A DNA stretch of 64,000 nt, from assembly GCA_973895155.1 (NCBI GenBank), contig OZ316898.1:13980330-14044329 (forward strand), given 5' to 3'. The translations under genes and the position numbers were made by a program. Position 1 is the first letter of the stretch. Each line of letters opens with the position of its first letter. The stretch is from Marsupella aquatica (taxonomy: Eukaryota > Plantae > Marchantiophyta). The notes beneath the pieces were generated by a model, which searched no databases, was not told the origin of the DNA, and worked only from the letters and a program-made list of their open reading frames with translations. Below, one piece after another: positions 1 to 11,800 of this stretch.

Positions 1-1340
1 TACTGAACCTTCCATTTGGAGCTGGTCCAAATGGTCTGCGCCTCCGTTGCCTTCACATGTCAAAGCCCTTCACAATGTCAAAGCCCGCAACGTTAGTGGT
101 TGGGTTTTAAGTATCCATGGCCCTTCTTTATTAGGGCAAGGGGAGTGGGCTGGTGGTCTGCTGCCTCTTTGGGAACACGTTGCCATTTCTACCCAGGCAA
201 TTGAGAGGCTATTGAGAGGCAAGAGGTGTACTCGTTCCAGTCAAACTATTATTTTGTTTCAATTCGAAAAATTTGAAATTCTGACAACTTCTCGATTGAG
301 TAATCTTTTTCAGCTTGGATACTGCTAGCCATGATTCAACTTTTTGTGCCATTAGTTTCTTGCTTATAATGACAGACGTCAGAATTTTGAACTGAAACCA
401 AATAATGCTTTGAAAGAAACAACCAGTTACTAAAGGGGTCTTCACCAGACAATGGGGGCCATTCAGATACATACAGTACAGCTAAAAGGCCCGAATGAGA
501 TAGGATGATACCATTTTTCTGTGAAGCAGGCTACTGTTACCCTTTGGGAGAAGAATTTTGACTGTGTGATGGAGCAAGGGAGAAAAAGCAAAATGACTGC
601 TACTTGATTGAGTAGGCAGTGTTTTATATATTCCAGAGAGTACTGAGCCCTTGCTCTTCCCTTCTCCTTCTTGGTGTTCGGCTAGTTCTTCCCTGCCTCT
701 CTGGCCCGTGGGTTCTCTCCATCCGTCGGGTTCATGCAGAATAAATTGAAAATTTTACAATATAAAAATAAAAAATTCCTGAATGGAAAGTGTTGGGTCT
801 GCAATGCATTCTCAGAGTACATTCTCATGTCTCTGAACTTCAAATGTCCTGCTCTTTGTGTACTGTTTGGGTAAAATGCTTGCAGTTTGAGCACACTGCC
901 TAGAACAATTAGCAGAGCCTAATTCCAAAGAAGGGGTCCAAGGTGGGCTGTGTTGCACTTTGGTAGTCCACTATGTACCTCACAGATTTCAACATAACTG
1001 GTAAAATTATGTTGCCAGGTACTTGAATTTTAGAACTTGAATCCAACCTTTACTAGCCAGCAAGAGCAATTGACACCTGGGAAGACCAAAGAACAAAAAT
1101 GAATCATAGTCCTGAACAACAAAGAAATTCAAATCATCCAAAGCCATAATAACCTTTTTTGTATGATTGTAAAGGGTTTAGAATGCCAAAAAACAAGGGC
1201 ACTGCCGCCCAGGACGACAACATGAACAAGCGATTGTGCTTGCTTGAGACCTTGCCCTTGCCTGTTCTGCAACAAGGAACAGAGAAGGAAGGGACTTGGA
1301 GCTGAGACATAGGCAGAGTACCATTGATGGGTCTCTCGGA

Positions 1341-1420
1341 CTTTTTGACTCTTTGGTCTTCCTGAGAAATTTCTTTCATGTTCTCCCCTTTATTAGGTCT
1401 CCTCTCTTTGGGATCTTGTT
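1341..1420 (-). repeat. Copy of a dispersed ~80-bp repeat (AGACAGGATCCC...GGGGAGAA...GGAAA family), probably a TE end
   Basis: Aligns by eye with 26931-27010 (same orientation) and 59439-59486 (inverted). The core GGGATCCTGTCT also occurs at 34692-34703. Confidence 0.55.
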
Positions 1421-1804
1421 ATCATCACATGGGTGCAGTGTGATAGATACATAACTGTGTAGAGGGGGATCCCTATCAAAGCCAAAAATTAATTTGTTGG
1501 GTTTCAAGAATAACATAAGGCCCAAATATTATTCTTTTCTGATCAGATTTTAATTTAGACACAAATACATACACAGCAATATCACTGTTTACACCTGGAA
1601 GTTTAGAAGATTATTAAAATTTACATGACGATTTACAAGAATCACAAAATATTTTATTAATCGGGCCCAACTTTTCTCATAATAATTAGTTTTTTGCCAT
1701 AATTGAGATGCCGCTACCGTATTTTTTCTGCAACCCAATGTCAACCGGAACATGTCATACTCTCATTCCTTGGTAGACTTCGATTTTGGCAGAGTTCCTT
1801 TGAA

Positions 1805-2734
1805 CGTGTCTGATAATTTGTTTGAGCTAGTCAAGATTGATGGTAAACTCAACCCGACTGATGCATTTACCAAAGTGATTCCTTTGGAGAGTTTCTCTAG
1901 ACACCGTGACGTATTGCAGGTTTTGTAATTGTATCACAAGTAGAGTTTTCTTAACATTCATTGTAATTACTGATATATGCTCTTCTTCATTCCTATGTAT
2001 TAGGCTACGGCTTAGTTCTGGTTTGCTCTAGTTAGAGAGGGAAATCGGTTTGGTTTTTGTCCAAAACTTCCCGCTGAGGGATCATATACATTGGCAATAT
2101 TACTCTCCCCTAGACTAGAGTCAAGGGGAAGATTGTTGGGTATTTACTCTTACGTCAACCAAAACGTGGTAGAAACCTTAAACAGGTAGCCTTTGGGATA
2201 GCGAGGCAATTTATTTATTTAGTATTTGAAGAACCTTGGGATAGGGAGACAATGACTTGATATTTGGGCCACTATGATCCTCTATCTCAGGTGGGATAGA
2301 TAAGGGTTGTTAAACTTGTAACAACAACTCGGACCTACTGCAGTACCTTGTTTGGAGAAATGAGGTAGTGACATGATTTTTCTCAAGGAATCTCTACTAG
2401 TGCAAATTGTTGGCCGCGGGAGAAAAACACGTGCAAGTTCATGGAGAACTAAGAGACTAGGGAGCGCACTCTAAGATTTTTCTAGAAGTCTACCAAAATA
2501 CTTGTTTCACCTTTGCTTCATTAAGTTACTCGACACCCTAGCAAAGAATCAGCCAATTTCAAATTGGGTGAGCACGTAGAAAGTTAATTCCTCTCTCTTC
2601 AAATTCTAAATTTGCCTACACGTTGGTCTATCCTAGTATCACTTTTATAATTCCAACGCTCAGTTTTGCAATATATCTGTGTGATAACTTGGGATTACCA
2701 GTGTACTCAATTACTTACACTACACGGTCCAACA
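1805..2734 (+). mobile_element. 5'-truncated Ty1/copia remnant: RNase H C-terminus, PPT and 3' LTR
   Basis: 1821-1928 reads FELVKIDGKLNPTDAFTKVIPLESFSRHRDVLQVL*, matching the copia RNase H 'NPADxLTK' end. Purine tract AAGGGGAAGA lies at ~2123-2132. The LTR starts TGTTGG (2134) and ends CCAACA (2734). Confidence 0.8.
2134..2734 (+). repeat. LTR (~601 bp) of the truncated copia element
   Basis: TGTTGG...CCAACA inverted termini directly after the PPT. Confidence 0.7.
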
Positions 2735-3490
2735 GAGAAAAACCCTGCCAGGGCCCCTTACACTTTTCTTGTAGAGAGCGCCCTACCGATGGGCATTACG
2801 TTGAATACAGGATTGTACCTCACCATGAAACGTGTGGCACTCGCAATAAATGAGAAAACATGCGCAATACGGCGCATTACATCACCTAATGGCGTGCGCC
2901 GATGCGGAGGGACGCACAGTCATCAGGCATCACCCCGTCCTCGTTACACAATACACATGCGCTACACACCGGTACACGGACGTGAAAGACGGGATGAGTA
3001 GCGGAATACTCGCCGGACATGTAAAGTATGTCAGGCACCTGCGTCAGTGCGTATGTAAAGTAAGTAGAGGAATGAACAGGTCAGCAGTCAGCCCGCGCCG
3101 GCCTGACAGCATCCGTCAGTGATGAGTCACTCCGTCATCAGTCTGCCCCCAAAGTCTTCAGCCACTTTCGTTGTTGTTTTTAGTATTTTCAGTCGAAAGA
3201 TTCAAGCTTTGGCCACACTCTCGTCTCGGGAATTCGGAAGGGTTCCACATAATCCACAGTTCCACACGCAGGAGCGGATCGGACGGGGTCATCGGCGGGG
3301 GCCCGCATTGCATGGAAAAGGACTAACCGGTGCTTGCTTGTCGGCCGCGTTGCTCCACCATGTAGCTGCTCCGGTCTAGTCTAGCTTCCTTGTCCTCTAG
3401 GTTTTGATTGGGAATCATTGACTCTCTCGTCGACCGATCCGCTCAACTCTCAATTCCCTCACCCAACAGTACCCTAGTATTGTACAGTGT

Positions 3491-3770
3491 CGTATCATCC
3501 GTCGGTTCATTGAATGGCTGAATATCTCATTGATCAACTCATTGATCGTTCTAAATTCATTTTTACCTCGGAAGAGTGTTTTTTATTTCAAACATATCGT
3601 ATCATCCGTCGGTCCAGTGAATGGCTGAGTGACTCTTTTCATCATTCTAAATTTCCTTTCTCTTCCTCGAAAGAAAGAGTTTTTGTTCCAAAAAAATCGA
3701 AACTCCAGTAGAGTTTCCGTCGGTCCATTGAGTGTCTGGTTGATCATTCTAGTTCAATGTCCTATTCCTG
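3491..3770. repeat. Three diverged tandem copies (~110-bp period)
   Basis: Motif TCCGTCGGT(T/C)CA(T/G)TGA...ATC(G/A)TTCTA recurs at ~3498, ~3606 and ~3716. Confidence 0.7.
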
Positions 3771-5126
3771 ATTATGCTTTTAGCAGTGTCATTGATTGGA
3801 CTGACGGCAAGAGTAATAAGAGTGAGGGGACAGGCAGGCGCGTGGGGCAGGCTGGTGTGTGTTCTGGTAGATCGGGGCTGGGGTGATGGGATTGAATAGT
3901 GATGGACGGACGGATTTGGTGCAGGTAGTCCTCGCTCTCCTACCGGTGCTGGCGGTATGGTAGAGTCTGGTAGGGGAGCGGTACCGAACTCCTAGGGCAT
4001 AATCCATTGTATCGCACGCATCGTATCTTCCGCGAGAATGTATTTAGAACCCCACGCGGTAGTTTGCTCTCTAGCCAGTTCACAGTGGACCCAATTCCGA
4101 TCAGAATCTCAGACAGACTGCTACTGAGCAGCAGGGTTTCCGATCAGACAGCGTGCTAATGAGCAGCAGGGTTCTTATCAAAGAGATTCGCCGGATCCGA
4201 GAGAGCGAGAGGAGCTCGTCCGGTGAAGGGACACGAGGGTTTCAGACGGCTCGGATTTGGAGTCGGGGTATTCGTTCCAGGGTGTCAGTGCGAAAGGGAA
4301 TGAAGTGAAGGTACGGGTCATGCACGTTGGTGAGTGCAGCAAACTCGTACGCTGCTGGTTGAATGATGCGAGTCTGTGTGCGGTTCGAGTGAGAACGAGA
4401 GAGGGAATTCAGATTCACGGTAGTGCGTGCTTTGCTTTGCTTGCTCTGGAAGGGGGAGCAGTAAAGGGGGCCAGCAGATGCGATTGACGAGGTCCGGTCG
4501 ACAGCAAACAAGCCGGAAGTGGAAGCAGGTACAACAGCAACGAGACGGATCAAAGCAGTGCGAGGTGGATCGTACTGAGAACGAGAACGAGGATGAGCAA
4601 GCCTCCCGGGTAGCAGCTTATGGAAGTGCGTCGGTCACTAGCAAAGGACTTCAGACGACGCCCGTGGAATTCGTGGCCTTGAGTGTGACCCACTGCGGAA
4701 AAGGTGCACAGGACGTTTTTAGGCACTTCCCGAGATTTGTGGATTGGACTGCTTCGTTCCTCGTTAGCGGGTTGGATTTTCAGATGTCCACTGACCGAAT
4801 ACGTGTCGTCGTGAGTCAGGGAAAGTGTAAGGTTTCCGTTTACTAGCGATTTGTTAGAGTCTTTCTCTGGGCTACTGTAGTGTCTTAGGGGGCCTCTGGG
4901 GCCGTTGGAATTATAGCCGGGGTGATCCTGGGAAAAGAGGACACTGTGCCGAACGGAGGATTCGGCTCGTCGTCTGACAGGAGGAACACCTGGCTGCCTG
5001 AGGTGGAGTAAAGTGTGGGAGCTCCGTTGCGAGGAAGGAGTCGTCGCGAAAGGCATTGGGAGGGAAACGTCAGTCACGGTGGGGTTCCTATGCTGCTTTG
5101 GGGGTGGGGGTGGCGAGAACAAGGAG

Positions 5127-7442
5127 ATGTCATTTTGGCCGAGGTTGCGGAAGCGTTCGAGAGGACGCAAAAGGTCTACTACCACTGCTTCGGGAGCGAG
5201 GACGACTAATTCTTACGCCAGTCGAGAAATCGACAAGTACAAGGTTGTGCACGAGGAGCTTCAGGCTCAGCGAGCACAATTCGCGTCGGAGAGAGGGGTA
5301 TCTGTCGAGCTGGTTCGCTTCCTATCTCGATCGTCGCGGGGCTGGGTCCATTTGCCATCCGAGACTCCGCCTGCAGCCACCACGCCACGCTCTTCGCAGG
5401 ATGGTTCGGTGACAACGATTTCGCTCGCGCCTCAAGTGTCCGAGGAATTCCCTCTGCCGGTGCCTGCTGTTCCCTTGCCTTATAGGACATCCGCTCCTGA
5501 AAGTGGAGACAGGGAAGTAGGCGGCAGTCAACAGGGAACTGAATCGTCCTCTCTGGGGAGTGTTGGTGTGGGTTTGGATCGTAAGGGGGATGCCGGGAAC
5601 GTGTGCAGGTTGGTAGTCTCTCGGAAGCTCAAGGATGAAGCTTGGTTGCAGATTAGCAAGACGGCAGCAGTGTTGTACGTGAAAGTTTTGATCTTCTCCC
5701 GTGCACTTGGAGCTAGCACCGCATTTGCTTTCACCGTAGCCGTGGTGGTGGACATTTGGAATCGAGGCAGGGGCACTTTGCATCGTGTGTTTTCAGCTTT
5801 AGCAACTCAATTGTGGACCTTGCTCAAGCCATATCTGTCCCTGCAACTGAGTAAGCCTGCCACCTCTCTCATCCGTGCTGCCCAGAGGCCGGCGCCTCAA
5901 CTCTCCGGTCCTGAGCAATTTTCTGCGCCGAATGCGATGAAGGTGTCGCCAGTCACGGAGGACTCTACTAATGCGAAGGACTCCCGCTCCTCAAGCTTCG
6001 CATTCCCCGTTCTCATCAAAGAATCTACGTCGACTTCCCCGCGCTTCCCATTTCGTCAGAAGCAGGCAGATTCTCCGCACATTGTGTCTCCCAATGAAGA
6101 GGCATCACCATCGCCGTCCCCTTTAGCCGAGAGCAACAAACTACCATCGACAAGGCCGTGTCATAAGCTCAAGTCTAAGCTCTTCAAGAGTTCTCCTGCG
6201 AGGACGGGTGAGAATTCCAGCCCCTCCGCTGAGGTCAGTAAGTCGGAGGATGCCCCGAGTAGCAGTACTAGCTCATGCAACGTTAGTCCAGCTCGTGGGA
6301 AGAGCTGCAAGATAAAAGCTTCATGCATATCAAGGACGCCGATTAATGGCAGTGAGGAAGAGTACGATGAAGTTGATCAGCCAACGCCGGCGTTGAAACC
6401 ACCTAAGAAGGTCACTCGATCGCACGAGCTGTTGTTCTTCCGGTCTCCCAATAACAATAGGAGAAAGGAAATGATAGCATCGAGAGAGTCTTCTGCTGCA
6501 TCCGCCGGCGTTCAGAATTTGTCTCGATCGCAGGAGCTGAAATTTTCGCTGAAGAATTTGGGACGGAAGAAGGTGAGTCGATCTCAAGAGTTCACTCCCT
6601 CGTCACCTCCTTTTTCGCTGCATGACTTGGCGCTCCCCAAGTCGACAGTGGAGGGCTTAGAAGCGTTGGCATTTCCGTTCAAAGCAGATGGAAGGGTTCA
6701 ACGGCAGGAGAGACAATCACTTCCAGGCTCACCTCGTCACTATTTTTCTGCGAGGAGAAAAAGCGGTTTATCGAAATCGATGACTGTGGAACAAGCGCAT
6801 GAGAATTGTAGCAGCAGGGCCCCCCAGTCACCCAGGAGCTCACCCGCGTCGACAGGTGGATCCTCAAAGGGACGGAAGTCGAAAACAACTCCTTCCTCAT
6901 CGTCGACATCCTTGAGCTCTTCGGCAATGCTAGCAGCAGCTGAACTGAAGCCGAAGCTCCGGACGGTGAGAACAACTGTCAGCCCGCCCCCTGGTTATGA
7001 GCATGAGGATTTCCGGAGGGTGAAGTCGTCGGTGATCCAGAGTCATCCCATGTCATCACTGTCCGGGGAGCTTGGTCGAAGTCAAGTTTTCAGTCGTGAA
7101 ATTCTAGGCTCCATCCTCCTGCTAGCAATTCTAGCATCCCTATTGCTAGGTCGCATCCCTGCTATTCTCTGCACGTCATGCCTCTGCCTTGTGCTTTCTC
7201 ATCTGCAACGATTTTTCCACAAGAATCTCACCGCCAAAGATATGGAGCTACTGAAGCGGACCTCGGGAATGTCCAGACTTCATCACGCAAGTTCGAGCCT
7301 TGCCCATTTGCCAAACGGTACATATAACAATCATGAGAGCCCATTTCATGAAAAGTTGGGGTTGCAATCTAGCGAGTATCGAAAGAGGGTTCTCATCGAA
7401 GGCCTTCTCGACAGGGGTAATCGCCGTGGCGTAACCTCTTAG
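5127..7442 (+). CDS. Uncharacterised 771-aa Ser/Pro/Lys-rich membrane-anchored protein (ZCF37-like N-terminal motif; At5g23160-like TM and C-terminal motif)
   Basis: Single 2.3-kb ORF with first ATG at 5127 (MSFWPRLRKR). N-terminal NSYASREIDKYKVVHEELQAQRAQF...VRF...GWVH; hydrophobic segment ILGSILLLAILASLLLGRIPAILCTSCLCLVL; tail SSEYRKRVLIEGLLDR. Confidence 0.85.
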   Translation: MSFWPRLRKRSRGRKRSTTTASGARTTNSYASREIDKYKVVHEELQAQRAQFASERGVSVELVRFLSRSSRGWVHLPSETPPAATTPRSSQDGSVTTISLAPQVSEEFPLPVPAVPLPYRTSAPESGDREVGGSQQGTESSSLGSVGVGLDRKGDAGNVCRLVVSRKLKDEAWLQISKTAAVLYVKVLIFSRALGASTAFAFTVAVVVDIWNRGRGTLHRVFSALATQLWTLLKPYLSLQLSKPATSLIRAAQRPAPQLSGPEQFSAPNAMKVSPVTEDSTNAKDSRSSSFAFPVLIKESTSTSPRFPFRQKQADSPHIVSPNEEASPSPSPLAESNKLPSTRPCHKLKSKLFKSSPARTGENSSPSAEVSKSEDAPSSSTSSCNVSPARGKSCKIKASCISRTPINGSEEEYDEVDQPTPALKPPKKVTRSHELLFFRSPNNNRRKEMIASRESSAASAGVQNLSRSQELKFSLKNLGRKKVSRSQEFTPSSPPFSLHDLALPKSTVEGLEALAFPFKADGRVQRQERQSLPGSPRHYFSARRKSGLSKSMTVEQAHENCSSRAPQSPRSSPASTGGSSKGRKSKTTPSSSSTSLSSSAMLAAAELKPKLRTVRTTVSPPPGYEHEDFRRVKSSVIQSHPMSSLSGELGRSQVFSREILGSILLLAILASLLLGRIPAILCTSCLCLVLSHLQRFFHKNLTAKDMELLKRTSGMSRLHHASSSLAHLPNGTYNNHESPFHEKLGLQSSEYRKRVLIEGLLDRGNRRGVTS

Positions 7443-8859
7443 CATACAGTAAATTAACCGTGGGATTTACTCCATCGATTTCAACCACTTTTGGGAAATG
7501 TTTCCCTTGCTTCCATCATCAGCAGCTTTTCCAGAGTAAATTGCTAGCCATGCATCCACTGCCAAGACTGGTCATAGCTCGATGTCCGAGACGAGCTCTT
7601 CGTGTGTGCGTCACGCCATTTTCATCTGAAAAAATTCAGCAAGGACGCATCCGACACAAGTAAAGACGTGCTGCCACTAGGGGTTTGGAAAGTGTGAAGA
7701 ACTTGGGCCAGACAATTTGGAAAGGCTCCGAGGAAGAGTTTGGGTCATGAAAATGACAATGATATTTGCGAGCAGTTTGTCCTTCCCGATCAGAGGAAGG
7801 AGGTCATCAGACGCCCACCCTGGTCTTCAAAAGACGTGCCGACGATGAAGAGTAGAGATGAACTGGAGAGATGTGGATCGATCGAGGGCATCTGAATTGA
7901 TCGCTTGTATCTTGACTTCCTTTCGTCCACTCTTCACGATCCAATGAGTGGGCTTCTGATGATTTTCCATGTCTATACTTTTTGCAATTTGAAACTGAGT
8001 CAGCTTGAGCCGCCACCTTCTCTCCTTGTGCGAAGCCTTGGAGTATGTATTTATTTGTAGGTAGCAACGAGACTTCATTTTCATTTGCACCCATTTTTGT
8101 GTACAGGCCATGTGAGGCTAGGCTGCTGTTGCTATTCTCATATCCAGTCGATTAAACTCATACTTATCCCCATTACCCAGTAAGACAATGGAGCCGAAGA
8201 CCCTGGTTCCAACATTGTTGAGAGGTAGGGCATGACTGTCATCAGGGGTTATAGCTTAATTTATGTGATGTTCGAGAGTAAAATGGATTTCATAGGCCTT
8301 TGGAGGAGAGCGGAATCAAGAATTGTTTCAAGCGTTCGATCACTCTTAATTTTGAATTGTGCGAACGCGCTCTACCCGTCGAGGATTAATTTATCAACAA
8401 CCAATTTGTCAGAATATCATACGATTTCTCAGTGTGGAAGGGGTTTTTTATCATTGGCATGATTGACTGGATGATCTACTCGTATCATTCTGAAGTTTGG
8501 GTCCTCGGTACAATCACGTCTCGTCTGATTTTGAAGTGTGGTTGGTCCGAGCATACTAGGACTTGTAGGCTGACCTCTGAAGGTTTGCTTGACTACGTGG
8601 TTTGTCGTGTGAGCAATAATATCCCGTTGGCGATCGTCAAATTACTCCGCTAGCCTTGTCTATCCACCAATGTTCCTCATGTTCCCATCTATTGTTACGA
8701 AACCCAGAAATATCATTCATCATGCTGCCCATGTCTATGTACTTCATGCTCAATGCAAAGATTTGGCAGCTGAAAGCGCGGTTCTGATCTTCTGTTACTC
8801 TCTTGCTACAGGTGTATCTGCTTTGATAGTATCGCCCCTCGTCTGATTATTGCTTGAAT

Positions 8860-11800
8860 GGTAGTTGTAACAATAACGTGAGGGCAACGATGTGAGGGCA
8901 ATAATGTGGTGATCTAACTAAAGCCTCTAATCGAGCAAGGCTCTCGAGTCTTGAGATGCACTCGTACTTGTTGCTAGAGATGTACAAAGGACAGCTCGGG
9001 CTTGAACAGGCCATAGAGTCATCGAATCTGCTGACAGAAATAATCAAAATGGATACTGACGTTCCTCTTGAAACAACCCATGCACGAATGTCTCTAGTGT
9101 TGTCTAACGAGCCCATTGAAATGATCGTGAAATCTACTTTCAATCCAGGCGGGGATCTACAAACACAGTTTTCATGCTCTCCTTGACCAGCCATTTCTTG
9201 ACAGTGCCAATTGCATTGCTGTGCTTGCAACTGAGACAATGTACTAATAGGATGATCCCGAGGATGATGTGCCATTCTACAACGAGATCATATTGCAACT
9301 TACGGGGAAACTTACACTCCATCGGTCCGGGATACACTTTTGGATCCAGGTGAACTGTTCGAAGCCAGGGCAGCACAGACCATCCCTTGGGGTGAATCCT
9401 GCATCAGCAAGTCGATCGTGAGGCACTTTCGATTAAGTGAAGAGACAGAGACTGCATTTTGATATGTCAATTCAAGACATTTTGATGCCACGAGTAGGTA
9501 GAGGAAAAGCAACCGCCGCCTTGGTGAGTTTTGAAGATCATGCTCTGAAATTGAGTTACCATTGGCTACACTGTTGGCGTTGGCCTTTCGGAAGACCACT
9601 GGATAAATATTCATTAGCCGTAAGTCCGAGGTAAGATCTCGTCAAGCACCTGGAGAGTTGAAGCAATTATAGCACAGAATGAAGCCCACAGCTCTCCAAC
9701 TTACAAGACTCGAAGGAAGATGTTCTCAGTCAATCGTCAAGAACAAACCTCGCAGAACTTCGTTGAAAGTTCTGGTGGGTCTTGATGGGCTTACGTAGCC
9801 GAGATACAGCATCTTGCGGTAGTCACTGAACCTGATGGGTTTACCTGGCTTCTTTGCAATTCTGCCTGTCATTAAATGCACTCAGAAGGAATCACGCAGA
9901 AATCAAAAGTCCTGGTTATATATATGTTCGTTATTTTGAAATCCTTTCTGGCTTCCGCAGCTCTCTAGGCCGGAAGAACATTACAATTCTGTCTCTCAGC
10001 TATCTCTTCACGTATGCTCGTTTTAGAGCTTGAGCTAGAATCCGAACTTTTCGAAGAATCGCGGGTATCTGTATGTGCAAGTACGCATTCAGAACTACTC
10101 AATTCCTTCAGCAGATATGGGCTTCACTTTTAAAAGCACGTTCTGAATTCAAATTATCGAATTTAGATCTCATGATCAAAACTTTCTTACAATGTCAATT
10201 GTGAACTTGATTTTACTTGGTTCTACTTACGAAAAAAAGAGTGTCCATTCAGGAGATCATTCAAAAGGCGGAGTGCTCATTTTTTAGCAGTAGACTCGAG
10301 ATTCCGGCCTCTATTTGAATTTGTCAGATAGTGATCGTGGACACATGTCTCCATGAGTTTGAGAAGAAATGTAGGGACGAATTGCCCAGCTCAAGTACAG
10401 AGCAGAGGATGCAGACAGTGCCTCACCAAGTGTGTAGTACTGGGGGACAGTGTAGGGGATCAAGGAAAGAAGTAGCGCGGAAGCTCATAACTTACACGAA
10501 CTTTCTTGAGAATGTGGGGGTGTTCATGAAGAAGTATCATGTACCACAACATTATGTGCACACTAGAGCCGCAAAGGAAGGACACCAGCATTGTATCAAT
10601 GCATTCCATATCAGCCAACGTCGCTCCAGTCTCTTCATCTTTGGCGTCCATAAATACTTGGAGGATATCGCGTTCCTTTTTCTCCGTCCTTCTCTCCCTC
10701 AATCACATCAAGCAATCGCATCACCAACTTCTTGCGGCACTGCAATCGCCAATTGTACACCATTCAAGTCAATCCAAATGAAGCGGTAACCAATTATGAT
10801 CCAAACGTTGCCATGCAAGACACTTTGAGGTTGTCATTTTTTCCATTAATTTCGACGATGAAGCAAAACTCACTTTGAAAGAGTTGTGGTAAGCTGTTCC
10901 TGGGAAATTAATTGACATGGACCGGATCCCTGCACAAATGCCGAGGAACTCATTTGCGAAGTCCTCTGCGTCCGGCCCTTCTTTGTAGCTGATCATGACT
11001 CTGGCGATTATGTTGAGCGCAAACTGCAAAATTATTCCATCAAACTCATTTTAAGAGGGCCGAGGATCACCCCAAATAAATATCATTCTCCGAATCTATC
11101 GCTAGCTATATGTAGCCCTTCCTCACTAACCTTCTTGCAATTTTTAGAAGATTGATCTCTCCCAATTCTGCCCATTGTTTGAACTCGTCCTGCGCAACGC
11201 TCTCAATCAAGGGCATGTAACTGACGAGCGTTGGAGTTCCATTCACGGATGTGGCGGTGAGTTTTCTCATGGTCCGGTGGTCTTCTCCTTCTAGGCACAC
11301 AAACGATTTGTCTCCCATAATAACCTTCATGGACGCTGGCCAGCCTGAAACGAAAGTCTGCTGATCACCTAAGAGCACCACTCTGCCAGTTTCAGCGGTC
11401 GTCGCGAGAATTCTTGCTTGCCCGAATAAATGAGTCTTGTATAGACCAATTCTTCGTATCTGGAGTAGTAGGTAAGTGGCGTCACCCAGAGCTCAGTCTC
11501 TCGGCTGAGACGATCTAAGCAAGGAATGGAAATTAATAGTTGCGTTTGAAAACCACCAACAGCTTCATCAACGCGAAAGGCAGCATTGATGGACCATCTT
11601 TTCATGCCTAAGGGTCATATGAAGAGCAGTTTACGATTGACAACTCCAACAACGAGGCGTGACATGATCTGAAAATTAGAGTCCCCGAAAGATGAGTCAG
11701 AAGGTATCGAGTTGCCAAAGCAGTTCGGTGATTCTATTGTTCTCAAGGTGAAGAAGCGATTTCCAAGGAATTTATGGATAAGCTAATCATCAGATTGAAT

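Noticed and set aside
1-1340. LINE ORF1 remnant (also ~17700-18830)
   Set aside because: Looks like decayed TE sequence, but no diagnostic motif was recognised, so it was not annotated.
5013-5126. GTG start giving the 809-aa version of the ORF
   Set aside because: Eukaryotic gene: the first in-frame ATG at 5127 is the default start, and the extension is G-rich leader-like sequence.
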